Assembly (NCBI GenBank): GCA_964035545.1
Contig: OZ037767.1
Coordinates: 10,364,581-10,428,580, forward strand
Origin: Bugula neritina
Taxonomy: Eukaryota; Animalia; Bryozoa
Direction: 5' to 3'
DNA: 64,000 bases
Position 1 is the stretch's first letter; each line of letters starts with the position of its first letter. This document shows, one piece after another, positions 29,001 to 40,119 of this stretch. Below the pieces are notes generated by a model. The model made no database searches. It worked only from the letters and a program-made list of their open reading frames with translations, and was not told the origin of the DNA. The position numbers and the translations under genes are program-made.

Positions 29001-32000
29001 GTGTAAGATTGGCGAAATTCAACTCAACTTTATTGGAAGTTATCCTTCCCTAACCAAGTAGGCTATTCCATAGTGCATCGTGCGAGAAGTCAGTTACAAT
29101 GACAACAACATAACCAAATATGGTAGATGTATACTGTCTGGAACCAATTGTATGATGCTACTACATACATATTACTAATGAAGCTGGTGATATTATATAG
29201 ATGAAGTACAGGGCAACTTATACTGCTGGTATTTAGGGATTCACTTTTTCAAAATGTTATAAATTTAGTGCTTATCGGAGTCGTCTTTCTGATAGTTTCG
29301 CTCAAGTCATTTATTCCCAAATAAGTGGCCCCCCTCCCCCCCCCCACCCACACTCTGTGACATAGTTATAGAGTACACAAACCTTCTACTGGTGTGTAAT
29401 GGACATATTTATATTTCATCAGTGCGCAGAAAAATACAAAGTACCAAAAACACCATAATGAAAACATACAGTTAAACAGCCTTTTAGCACCTCCGGTATT
29501 CCAATACCAGCACCATTAGGTGGTAGCAGATGTACATACACGTATATATGTACATATGCGTGTATGCATGCACGTACGTATGTACATACCTACATACATA
29601 TGTAACTTACCTCCGACACCATAAATGTAAGAACAGATTCCATTAGAAACTTGTGGACTTTGGATGACGTTTTGTCTGACGTAGCTGCAGGAATCAGAGG
29701 GTGAATTTCTACTGGTGTGACGGGATCTACAATACCAACACTAGCAGCATATTATATTACAGTATAGTATATTACAGTATATTATATTACTGTATATTAT
29801 ATTACAGTATAGTATATCACAGTATATTATATTACAGTATATTATATTACAGGATCTTATATTACAGCATATTATATTACAGCATATTATATTACAGTAT
29901 ATTATATTACAGTATAGTATATCACAGTATATTATACTACAGTATACTATATTACAGAATAGTATATTACAGTATATTATATTACAGAATATTATATTAC
30001 AGAATAATATATTACAGTATATTATACTACAGTATATTATATTACAGTATATTATATTACAGTATATTACACTACACCATAATATTATATTACAATATAC
30101 TATATTACAGAATAGTATATTACAGAATAGTATATTACAGTATATTATACTAAAGTATATTATACTACAGTATATTATACTACAGTATATTATACTACAT
30201 CATATTATAGCACAGTATACTATATTACAGTATACTATATTACAGTATATTATACTACAGTATACTATATTACAGAATAGTATATTACAGTATATTATAT
30301 TACAGAATAGTATATTACAGTATATTATATTACAGAATATTATACTACAGTATATTATATCACAGTATACTATATTACAGCACATTATATTACAATATAT
30401 TATATTACAGTATATTATACTACAGTATATTATATCACAATATATCATATCACAGTATACTATACTACAGTATATTATATTACAGAATATTATATTACAG
30501 TATATTATACTACAGTATATTATATTACAGTATATTATATTACATCATAATATTATATTACAATATATTATATTACAGTATATTATATTACAGAATATTA
30601 TACTACAGTATATTAATTATCAAGTTCAAGAACATCTTACTTTCACTCGTAGGTACGGATACGAAGTCTGAAAAGGAAAGATATGACTCGCTGTCCTGGA
30701 AAATGGTGACTAGTTTAGAGAAGATCTGGTGGTTTTCTACATCATTGTGCTCTTGGAGAATTTGATACCAGATGATGAACAATCTGACTCCATCCTTTCG
30801 AAGCTACAGCATGTTATAACCTATGGTTACCATTTTTGCCACTATACATAGTACAGCGAATAAAGTAAGTACAGTAAGTATAGTATGTAGAGTAAGTATA
30901 GTGAGTATAGTATGTAGAGTAAGTACAGTGAGTATAGTATGTAGAGTAAGTATAGTATGTAGAGTATAGTATGCAGAGTAAGTACAGTGAGTATAGTGAG
31001 TATAGTATAGTATGTAGAGTATAGTATGTAGAGTAAGTATAGTATGTAGAGTATAGTATGTAGAGTAAGTATAGTGAGTATAGTAGGCTATGTATACTAT
31101 GTAGAGTAAGTACAGCAAGTGCAGTAAGTATAGTAAACTTGTACAGTAAGTATATGAAGTATAATAAGTACAGCACCATGGCACTGGTAGCAATACATAA
31201 TCCTAATACTGATAAAAGTATCAGTATTAGAGAAATTAAATTTTTCTTTTAATTTTTGGTTTAGGGTACTGATGGAAATTCACAGAGAACATGACTTTTT
31301 GTTACATTTTCTTTTTGGAACAGAGGCTTTTCCCAATTTATTCATTTTTATTTACTTCCTAAATTAAATGTTTGCCAAAAATATGTACATTAGAGCATAA
31401 ATTTGAAATTTTAGCAACTGGGGTAGCCCTGCCTAGCTAAACAATAAAGCAGTTGAAGTAAGGGAGATTTCAAGTTCTATATGATAGGACAAAGGAGCTT
31501 AAACTGCAAACAGTACAGTGTGGAAGACGGCAACTTTTCAGACATGACCTCAGTCACGTGGTCACGTATATTCTATACATTAATGAATTAGTAACCAGTT
31601 CAATCTGGAGCTGAGGGACATGAATGCGCGGCATGATCATTTCCAGTATAATCTGAAAATAATACTTCAGCTGCGGCGAATATTACTAATTGCCTAAGAA
31701 TTTCCAAACAGACTGCAGGTTTACAATAATGAAATACTGAAATTTATCGAAATAATGACGCCATGTATACTAATCATCACATCTGGTGTAAATGAGTATA
31801 CGGTGGCTACGGCTTATCACTATAATCACAGTCATCATAACAGCACTGGATTACTCCAGAATTCTGTTCGGTTTTAATGGAATTTTCCATTGTCCTGTGT
31901 TCCTCATACTATTTATAGCATTTGCAAGTACCACTAGATAAATCAAAGCCTTCCTGTAACGTAGTATTGAGGCATAAACTACTGAAGGTCTAACTTCACA

Positions 32001-35000
32001 AGTTAAATTTAGTTAAACTTAAAAAGCCTAAAAAAGATATGCTCGCTTCCAATAGGAGAGAACTTTTATGGAAAGGGAAGCCTGTAAATCTAGAGTTGTG
32101 TGCCTTACATCAACTATTAATTAAATAAGATTTTTAGAATAGACATGCTCAACCAGCACATCAAACCAAAAGACATGAATTCATAGAAGAAAAACAGCAA
32201 TGTCAAAATTGTATAGCATCAAAATCAAAAAGACTTTCTACTCATGTGGAAAAATATTCTTTACAATTAGCTCCACCTCAATACCCATCTGGTAGACTAT
32301 AATGGGCAGACAACTCTCTACAAAGACAAATTTTTAAGAAAAAACCTTTAAATTAATTTTCAATTTTATTTTAAATACAAACTGTTTTTGAAAGAATAAT
32401 TTTATGGGGAAGAGCTAAAGTGAGCAAAACTAATGAAAGAATTGAATATGCCTCAAATAACACAAGCAAAACGCTGAAGTTTTCATTTCCAATTCTTGAA
32501 AGCAGGACTTTTTTATCTTGCGATAAATCTATGAATGATTGAGCCAATGATTGACAAGCTAGAGTAGCTATAAAACATATCATATAGTATTTAGTATTAC
32601 GTAACACTAGCATGCTGATAGATATCGTGGCAAACACATACCTTTAAAGTATTTCCTGAATGAAGAAGCAACTTCAGCAAAGTTCCTACAAAACACACAT
32701 TATATTTAGATAAAGGATTTAGTTACGAAAATGATATAATAGTTATATAAACTAATTACTATAATGGTAATTCAATATTACCAATACAGATTGTAGCTAA
32801 ATGCTGCATACAAAATTTCTAGCTGAACAAATGATACCACCGTATAAAGTGATCCCACCGTATAAAGTGATCCCACCGTATAAAGTGATCCCACCGTATA
32901 AAGTGATCCCACTGTATAAAGTGATCCCACCGTATAAAGTGATCCCACCGTATAAAGTGATCCCACCGTATAAAGTGATCCCACCGTATAAAGTGATCCC
33001 ACCGTATAAAGTGATCCCACTGTATAAAGTGATATGGTGGTGATGAGGTATATGGAACATCAGAATTACCCTCTTTTAGTACATCTTATTTTCTGTGCGC
33101 AGAAACTGGATGTTGAGTAGTGAAATAGTGTAATCCATAAACCACCAAGTGAATATTTTGTAATGTTTGTTGCCATTTAAAGTATCAGTTAAGACTTATG
33201 GCTCTAATATAGTACTACCAAAACAATACAACATGGTTGACGCTAAGTATAGAATACAATAAAATATTACCTCGTCAAATCACCAAACTCCAGCAAGCAT
33301 AAGCAAATAAAATTAAGCTGATAGCCTGCCTGGACTTGCTCAAAAATATAATCATAGTCAATATTTCAAAATACAATCTAATTGCACTTTATTTTGCACC
33401 ATGATATAAAAATTAAACACAAAAATAATCTTTGCAGTAGTATGATAGGAAATTAAGCTATGTTTATGTTAATGAACTAGAGTTGTAATGCAAAAGTAGG
33501 TCACGATACTATGTGATACTAGTAGTTGTTTTCCCATAGTTCAATTTGAACTCTATAATCATTCTTTACTTTGGATAAACCTGCTTGATTGTGTTTTCAA
33601 TGAAATGTTCCAGCGCATTCTAAAGCTGAAAGTTAGCATTTTGTTTTCTATTTTTATCTATGAATATTCTAGGAATATCTACCTATCAAGTAAATGTAAA
33701 TTGTTAAAATAAGATCTCTGCAACCAGTTAGTATAGTTCTTCAATAGAAGAATTATACTAACTGCATAGCAAGCGCAGTGTCATCAATCAATTTATGACT
33801 TAAGTCATTGATTCTAGGTAAAGCTGTTGTGAGGCCTTTTAAGGTGAGTACACAAGATTGTGAGGCCTCTTTGAGGTGGTTAAAGCTTTGTGAGTGATCA
33901 TCATACAGAAAGAGGTAAAATAAATCTGCAATAACAGTACGAAAGTTACTCTGCATACTATTTAAGATCCATGGGCAGTTCATTTAAAAGGAAGTATAAG
34001 AAATAGACCATGTAAAACTCAGCCAATCAGCGAAGTGTACCAGGTCAATGTCTTACCATTGTAACTGATATAAAATTCTGCAAGTTCAATTGCAAAATGC
34101 ATGCTTCTAAAAGCTAGTTGTGCAACTTTTTTTTCATGCATTATTTAATTTCATATCTTAAATTGATGACTCTTGAAATGATTTTTTAAAATGTCTAAAT
34201 TAAGTGTTTATAAAACGCAAATAAAAATTGCATGTCTAGAAAAATGACCTGGTACACTTTTGCAACTTAAGGCCAATTATTACATAACTGCCAGCTTAGT
34301 AGTTATTTGTTGTTGCAGCTTGAATGGGTTATTGTTTAGCATTGGAAGCTTGCAGTAAACATCTGTGAATTTGGTACATGACTTCGATTGGCTGGTTTTT
34401 GAATGGCCCTTTAGTATATGCATCTGGATGGCTGGGTAGTGTGGACTCCGCCTACATCTAGCTAATGTACAGTAGCCAATCCACAGTAGTATTACAAAAT
34501 TTCTGTTTAACAAATGAAATATTCTGGTCATTTGTTTTGTACTTTACAATAGTAAATATTCTATTCAACTAGAATTTTATTGTATGTAAGCCATGGGAAC
34601 TACTAAGAGGTTAAATCAACCACCCATGCTGGTAATATTGTTGCTAGCAGTAATAGCAAGTCCACACAGTATAAATATACACATAAGCTAGTATGTGCAG
34701 CTTATGAATGCTGAAATGACCCCATTTCTTACTTTCAACTTGAAAAAAATTGTATTACATATTCTGCCACTTCTGCACCAGGAACTTGTTTTCCTTTTAA
34801 ATTTTGAAAATAGTAGTCAGTTTCTATAGCAGTCAACATCCACAACGTAAGCTTTCAAATAAACTATAAATATATGGTAGCATATTGGCTTTGAAAGCTC
34901 AGAGGGATGTTCAGCTTCTCTCTTGTTGGAAAAACTATTAGATTGTTCAGTTCTCTTGCTAAAATATCTAATGTGTTTTTGAAGGTTTTGCTTGCTAGCA

Positions 35001-38000
35001 ATCTAGAGATATAAAAAAGGCCAGCAAGTATTTGAAACTGTAAACCTTGACGCAGCTTCATCAAAGCCAATAAAAGTTCATCTTGTCTTGTTAACTTTTT
35101 TTGGAGAATAAGAACTTTCATCTTCGGACATATAAATCTAAATATAGAAAATAAAGAATGAAAATTAAATTATGATTCAAATTATAATGTATGTGCTAAA
35201 TAAATTTTGTGCTTAGTTTGTATTCATTCAGCAGTTTTTACCCTCTGGTAAGTAGCTTCAGTTATATTTTGCAACAACTATGAAGTTCAAGAACTGCTAG
35301 CTGAAGGCTTGACCCAATATATCACCATCCAAACAGAATGTAATGTGTGTCAACATGTGTTACATAATACTGTAACAGTACATGGTAAGCTAGTTGTATG
35401 AATACATGCTTTGAATGAAGTTATGAGTTTAAACAAATACTGTGGACAAACAATTATTACTTCATTTTATAATTATACTATAACTAATTCAAACCCATAT
35501 TATTTCTAGAATAGCATTTAATAATGTTTGTGAATAAGTGAAACTAGTAACAAGTGTAAACCATTTTAGTTTTAAACACTGAGTTAGTTTCAGCTAAAAA
35601 TTAGATTAGGAGGCCACTTTTGATAAGCTTTAAAATAACCAAGGAAAATTTAAGTCAAAACAATTTACTTTTCCTAGAGAAAGTGAGTCAATTTGTCCAC
35701 AAATAAAATACTGCTGCTTGTTTAAATAAAACCCTAAACTAAATAAGTCAAAGCATACAGATGTCCACTGTGGTATTTATGAATATCTTACATAAAACAA
35801 CATCTTTAATAAAAAATGTATGAATGATACACTCACAATGCAACAAATTTAATTAAAATGACAGTTTTAATACACATCAAATTTAATCAATGTAGAAATT
35901 TTAGCATAGTGAGACTTGCATTGTTTATTTGTAATAAACCATAGTCTATCTTTGCAATAAGAAAATCATAATTTTCACCTTGCTAAAAAATAGTATAGAG
36001 AACGTGTAGGTATTTCAGTATAGAATTTAGTTTGCTCATCTGTAGTGATGAAAGTTTTAAAAACTTTTACTTTTTCAATAGCTGCTTTTTGTTTAAACGT
36101 GGATCTTTTTGAGCCTTTTCTTCCAACTTTTGATTTTCGTCTATCAATAGAATGTGCAGATCTTTTTTTCTGAGTAGTTGATGATTCTGGTAACTCAGTT
36201 ACTTCTGATGAAGCCTGACTATGAGGATGGCTGTCAGATGAGTTCTGTTGCTCTATATCAGCTGACTCTGTTGATAACGTTTTCTGTTTGCTTCCTTCAC
36301 ATGTTTCATTAAAACCACTGTTTTTTGTTCGTCTTACATTATATGCTTTAGTGCGTTGGTAACCCAAATGAAAGGTTGGAGTTGGATTTTGCTCAGTGGG
36401 CTGACCATCCTTATGATTATGATAGTCTGCTATGCTCTCTGTAATCTACAGCCACCATTGGTGACTGATGAAATTTAAAATTTGAAGTAAAAATGTGTTA
36501 TTTTTACCTGTGCCATTTTATAGAAATCTATATCTAGCTTTTATAATATAATATTCTTGTAATTTTTCATCATAGCAAGAACTAAATTACATTGTTTCCA
36601 CACTTAATATTTCATATACTTATAGTTTATTTGAAAGCTTACGTTGTTTATTGTGGATGCAGTTGACTGCTGCAGAAACTGACTACTATTTTCAAAATTT
36701 AAAAGGAAAACAAATTCCTGGTGCAGAAGTGGCAGAATATGTAATACAATTTTTTTCAAATTGTAAGTAAGAAATGGGGTCATTTCAGCATTTATAAGCT
36801 GCACATAATAGCTTATGTGTATATTTATACTGTGTGGACTTGCTATTACTGCTAGCAACAATATTACCAGCATGGGTGGTTGATTTAACCTCTTAGTAGT
36901 TCCCATGGCTTACATACAATAAAATTCTAGTTGAATAGAATATTTACTATTGTAAAGTACAAAACAAATGACCAGAATATTTCATTTGTTAAACAGAAAT
37001 TTTGTAATACTACTGTGGATTGGCTACTGTACATTAGCTAGATGTAGGCGGAGTCCACACTACCCAGCCATCCAGATGCATATACTAAAGGGCCATTCAA
37101 AAACCAGCCAATCGAAGTCATGTACCAAATTCACAGATGTTTACTGCAAGCTTCCAATGCTAAACAATAACCCATTCAAGCTGCAACAACAAATAACTAC
37201 TAAGCTGGCAGTTATGTAATAATTGGCCTTAAGTTGCAAAAGTGTACCAGGTCATTTTTCTAGACATGCAATTTTTATTTGCGTTTTATAAACACTTAAT
37301 TTAGACATTTTAAAAAATCATTTCAAGAGTCATCAATTTAAGATATGAAATTAAATAATGCATGAAAAAAAAGTTGCACAACTAGCTTTTAGAAGCATGC
37401 ATTTTGCAATTGAACTTGCAGAATTTTATATCAGTTACAATAGTAAGACATTGACCTGGTACACTTCGCTGATTGGCTGAGTTTTACATGGTCTATTGCA
37501 TGGCAAGCAGAGAAGAATGAGTTGTGAGTCACGTAATTTGCGTTGTTTCGCTACATTTATTAAGACTCAGTCACTTGTATAAATTACACAGAGATAAACT
37601 TTCACAGTTTTGAAGGAATCACTTAGGAATGTAAAACAGCAGCAGAATAATTTTGTTATGTTTGCAGCATTGGTTTCAGTTACCCTACATGGTGAGTCAT
37701 AGATATCAGTCTACTAATCACTGCAAGCATCATTCAAACCTATAGCTTTCTTGACTTTAGGCAAAGCAGGTCTGGAAAAAGACTAAACATGTTTACAAAG
37801 TTAACTTTCTGCCATAGCTGCGATATTGGCTTCACCAAGTAAATTTTGAATAGGATACAAGACTGATTAGCAATCCATAGTTCTTTCTTGGATCAATAGA
37901 TTTGCTTATGTCAACTGTTCCACTTTACCTTTTAATTTCATATTTACATTCTCAGCTTTAAAACTTAACCCATCAAATATTGAACCTGCCTTAAAGATTT

Positions 38001-40119
38001 TTAATATTCTGCATTTGCAAGGGCAGTTTTTAAGATTATGAAAATCAACCAGTTGGAATCTTTCTTTAAATACAAATACTTTACTTGTAGCTAAATTTAG
38101 AATTTTTTTACTTAAATTTACTGTTGATTTCATAAGCATACTTCAATAAAAGTCATTTCTCATATTGCTAGCTCTGTATAACAATAACATAATAAAACTC
38201 ACGTGAGTTTATACTTTATAGTCGAATTCCTGTGAGAAACCCTCGTGGAAAGGTTTTTTTAAACAGGCTAAGGGCTTTTACACTCTTGTGACAAAGGAGC
38301 AATTATGACTGCATGCTCTTCCCAAGATAATTAATGACCTTCCCGGAGGTCCAACACATGACTGCCCCTGAACCACACTGCTCCCTTAATATTTTAATAT
38401 TCTCTCATTAAACAAGCTACTTACTGATGCTGTTGAACTGCCATCGTCTTCGAAGCAGGTTTGGAAGCAGAGTAAGTATTTTCTATAAAAAAAAACAAAA
38501 TTAAATGAATTCTTAAATCAAATCTTATTTAGTAAAGAATAGGTTGCAATTAAAACACAGAATTAACTTTAAATAAAGTAAAAACAAGCAGATAAATAGT
38601 AACTTCGAAAAACAAAGCTACAACAGTCTCTTTTATCAGTATTTGGACAAAATAAAAATATATGAAATGAGTTGAATATTTATTAATACCTCAAAAACAA
38701 TCAACAGATATTCAAAGTCATCTTTGTGTACACGTTGACCTAAAAAAGAAAACAACAGAAGAATATAACTGATACATAAATAGCACAGCTGAGAATGAAA
38801 ATTATAGTTTAATTTTGTCACTCAGCAGCTTTTTCACTATAATTGCCAACACGTCGTAGCAACCACTTCAACATACAAGCAGCAAATACAGCACCACTGA
38901 ATGATATTACACCGCAATACAAACGCTAATCTAGACTCAGAGACAAGAGATTTGTATGCTAGACACAACCAGGCTCCAGTAGAAAACAACATGATATATA
39001 CTTTTGGTAACTGAAGATTAACATGGTTCCTTACAACACCAACAGCAGGCTTAGATTCTACTCTTGTAACAACAATTCATATCAAGTAAATATCTTTTAT
39101 CATTGTATTGATTTTATATTTTTCAAAGTTATAAATTTTTGGTAAGTTGAAAAGGTGCAACTTATAAATATAGACAAGAAAAAGCTACAAATATTCATCA
39201 AATTTTAATTTAGTATATTTTCTGATAAAAAGTTAGCAATTTTATATATCAGTAAAATAATAATACTTAAAATACTCGTATATATTTAAAGACAATGTTA
39301 CATTTTTCTAAAACTCTATAAAGTAATTAATTTTACTCGAATTAGTTGGCAATTAAAGTTAAAAAATATTTATATGCAACGTGTTTAAAAAAGACCAGCT
39401 AATAAAAACTTCATTTAAATACATCAAAATCTGAGGTCCGCTTACAACAACCAGTGAATCAGAAGGCAAAGTGTGTTTAACACCAACCTTTTGTTCTTCG
39501 CTCGGGATCTATGTGAGAGAGAAAGTTATCCTGAAATACGTGGTATACATGTTGATAGTTTTGCTCAAAAAATTCCTTTTGGTTTTCTATAGAAAAACCA
39601 TCCCCATCTAAAATACAACTTGCTTTGAAAACAAATGACAGCATAGCTCTATTTGCACAGATTTCAAATGACTAAGAAAAATGTTTGAAGTAAGAAAAAC
39701 AATCAAGTATGAAAAAAATTATCATGAAAAAATAATAAAAAAAAACAACAAAAATTAGACATCTGCTATTATCTTTGGAAAGCTTGAGAGTTTATGAAAC
39801 TACTTCAAATAAAGACGTATGAATTAAAAACGTTAATTCAATGCGATAAGAGGGGGAGAGCAATTAAATGCATAATATTCAGGCATTTTCCTACTACATG
39901 TTCTATACTTCTACAGCATGCCCAGTGCTATGTCATCTAGTATTAATAAGTCCCAAGCTTGTTCAATGGCACAATAAAATTAGATTTCATATTTGAGTTA
40001 CCTCCAATAGCTATTATGGTCTTGAGATATTTAAATCTATCTAGTGAGGTCTTTTTTAGATCTACAATTTTCTTGCTAAGCTTCCTTATAATATCTCCTT
40101 GGGGTTTACTTTTAAACAT
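2071..40119 (-). CDS. RALGAPA1: Ral GTPase-activating protein alpha (catalytic) subunit, RALGAPA1/2 ortholog, about 40 coding exons
   Basis: First coding exon 40119-40002 [23 protein letters not shown]... matches the RalGAPA N-terminus. GT-AG exons I traced include 39607-39488, 38739-38690, 38482-38425 (RRRWQFNSI), 32685-32642 (LLHSGNTLK), 30803-30641 ([10 protein letters not shown]), 29726-29611, 28543-28405, 28223-28088, 26465-26323, 25797-25679, 25305-25234, ~21758-21589, ~21335-21212, 20279-20162 ([11 protein letters not shown]), 17683-17540, 15220-15048 ([16 protein letters not shown]), 14601-14434, 13878-13744, 13022-12838, 9247-9101, 8963-8913, 7524-7343, 7185-7006, 6781-6502, 6105-5947, 5232-5105, 4581-4472, 3842-3762 and 2192-2071 (stop TAG). 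Some exons in the low-complexity middle region were only located approximately. Confidence 0.95.
3908..4509 (-). repeat. 43-bp minisatellite duplicating a RalGAPA exon end plus 5' splice site, 14 copies
   Basis: Sense unit TACTGCAGGTGTATATACACCATCTCTAGCCGACCAAGGTAAG; donors every 43 nt from 4471 to 3912. Confidence 0.95.
4755..4950 (+). mobile_element. tRNA-derived SINE
   Basis: Pol III A box TGGTCTAGGGG and B box GGTTCGAACCC, followed by a non-tRNA body (ggaagagcatccagtcataa...gggtttctc) that recurs elsewhere in the window. Confidence 0.75.
5105..7185 (-). CDS. RALGAPA1: Rap/Ran-GAP (RapGAP-type) catalytic domain exons of RalGAPA
   Basis: [17 protein letters not shown]...[16 protein letters not shown]...YHVSTRMP, then [16 protein letters not shown] (catalytic Asn-thumb GND motif), then [13 protein letters not shown]. 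Confidence 0.95.
8570..8882. repeat. 33-bp intronic minisatellite
   Basis: Unit gtgactagtgttagtatgagttactaaactact; 11-aa periodicity in ORF 8613-8882. Confidence 0.85.
9275..10557. repeat. 25-bp AT-rich minisatellite (about 51 copies) filling almost a whole RalGAPA intron
   Basis: Unit actatatagttatattatatacaa(c/t); the intron is 9248-10569. Confidence 0.95.
13023..13390 (-). repeat. 18-bp minisatellite (about 20 copies) ending in a RalGAPA 3' splice site
   Basis: Sense unit (C/A)TGTGTGATATACAACAG; terminal unit CTGTGTGATATACAACTGTAG|exon 13022. Confidence 0.95.
13923..13970. repeat. (ATATC)n microsatellite
   Basis: About 9.5 perfect copies. Confidence 0.95.
14607..14755 (-). repeat. 23-bp minisatellite abutting a RalGAPA acceptor
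   Basis: Plus-strand unit taatacggtattacagtatagta; on the sense strand it ends ...ccgtattactctag|exon 14601. Confidence 0.85.
15217..15301 (-). repeat. 29-bp triplication of a RalGAPA acceptor
   Basis: Three sense copies ending ctgcag, each followed by a(a/t)ta; the last is the true acceptor (exon starts 15220). Confidence 0.85.
17376..17558 (-). repeat. ~57-bp triplication containing a RalGAPA exon end and donor
   Basis: Sense atatctatctctataaagg|gtatttatatacgcatttcattacatcacttacacca repeated about 3 times; exon 17683-17540. Confidence 0.8.
20305..20848 (-). repeat. 17-bp minisatellite (about 30 copies) just upstream of a RalGAPA acceptor
   Basis: Plus-strand unit gagtgagtagtacacag-type; the sense strand ctctgtgtactactcac is pyrimidine-rich and AG-free; exon starts 20279. 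Confidence 0.9.
22750..22911. repeat. 20-bp near-perfect minisatellite, 8 copies
   Basis: gcagtagtagccgtatatgg. Confidence 0.95.
29745..30613. repeat. 15-bp AT-rich minisatellite filling a RalGAPA intron
   Basis: Unit tatattatattacag with variants; the intron is 29727-30640. Confidence 0.9.
30860..31170. repeat. Degenerate gtatagtatgtagagtaa minisatellite
   Basis: Mixed 9/14/18-bp units; lies about 55 nt upstream of the acceptor at 30804. Confidence 0.8.
32830..33033. repeat. 18-bp minisatellite, about 11 copies
   Basis: gtgatcccaccgtataaa. Confidence 0.95.
34005..37494 (-). mobile_element. Defective ISL2EU-type (PIF/Harbinger superfamily) DNA transposon with ~870-bp inverted arms, in a RalGAPA intron
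   Basis: Termini AGACC...GGTCT are flanked by AT on both sides (34003-34004, 37495-37496), consistent with the 2-bp AT TSD of ISL2EU. Arms ~34005-34876 and ~36613-37494 are reverse complements (same 83-aa ORF on opposite strands). Internal transposase remnants are present. Confidence 0.85.
34864..36410 (-). pseudogene. Truncated THAP + HTH transposase of the ISL2EU-like element (no DDE domain), with one intron 35138-35978
   Basis: [17 protein letters not shown] (THAP C-terminal part), [20 protein letters not shown], then an in-frame splice (AG|gtgaaa...tttag|A) to FICPK...[30 protein letters not shown]...LIVFP, an HTH_Tnp_4-like segment. It stops where the DDE domain should start. Confidence 0.8.
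38228..38385 (-). mobile_element. Diverged copy of the same SINE family
   Basis: Reverse complement gggagcagtgtggttcagggg...ggaagagcatgcagtcataattgctcc...aaaaaaacctttccacgagggtttctc aligns by eye to 4755-4940; head internally deleted. Confidence 0.65.

Larger units (their letters stand above)
33700..38150 (-). mobile_element. Decayed LINE ORF2 (reverse transcriptase) relic split by the ISL2EU insertion
   Basis: Right of the transposon (about 37900-37680, -): SIDPRKNYG..., [22 protein letters not shown], resembling K(S/A)PGPD...PK..LNDYRPISLTS. Left of it (33753-33983): ASQSCVL...[15 protein letters not shown], resembling GVPQGSVL...YINDL...FADDT. The order is colinear across the insertion. 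Boundaries approximate. Confidence 0.55.

Noticed and set aside
34280-34531. Duplicated 83-aa gene (also 36968-37219)
   Set aside because: The identity reflects the transposon inverted arms; no recognisable domain, and a YqaJ-like resemblance was too weak to support.
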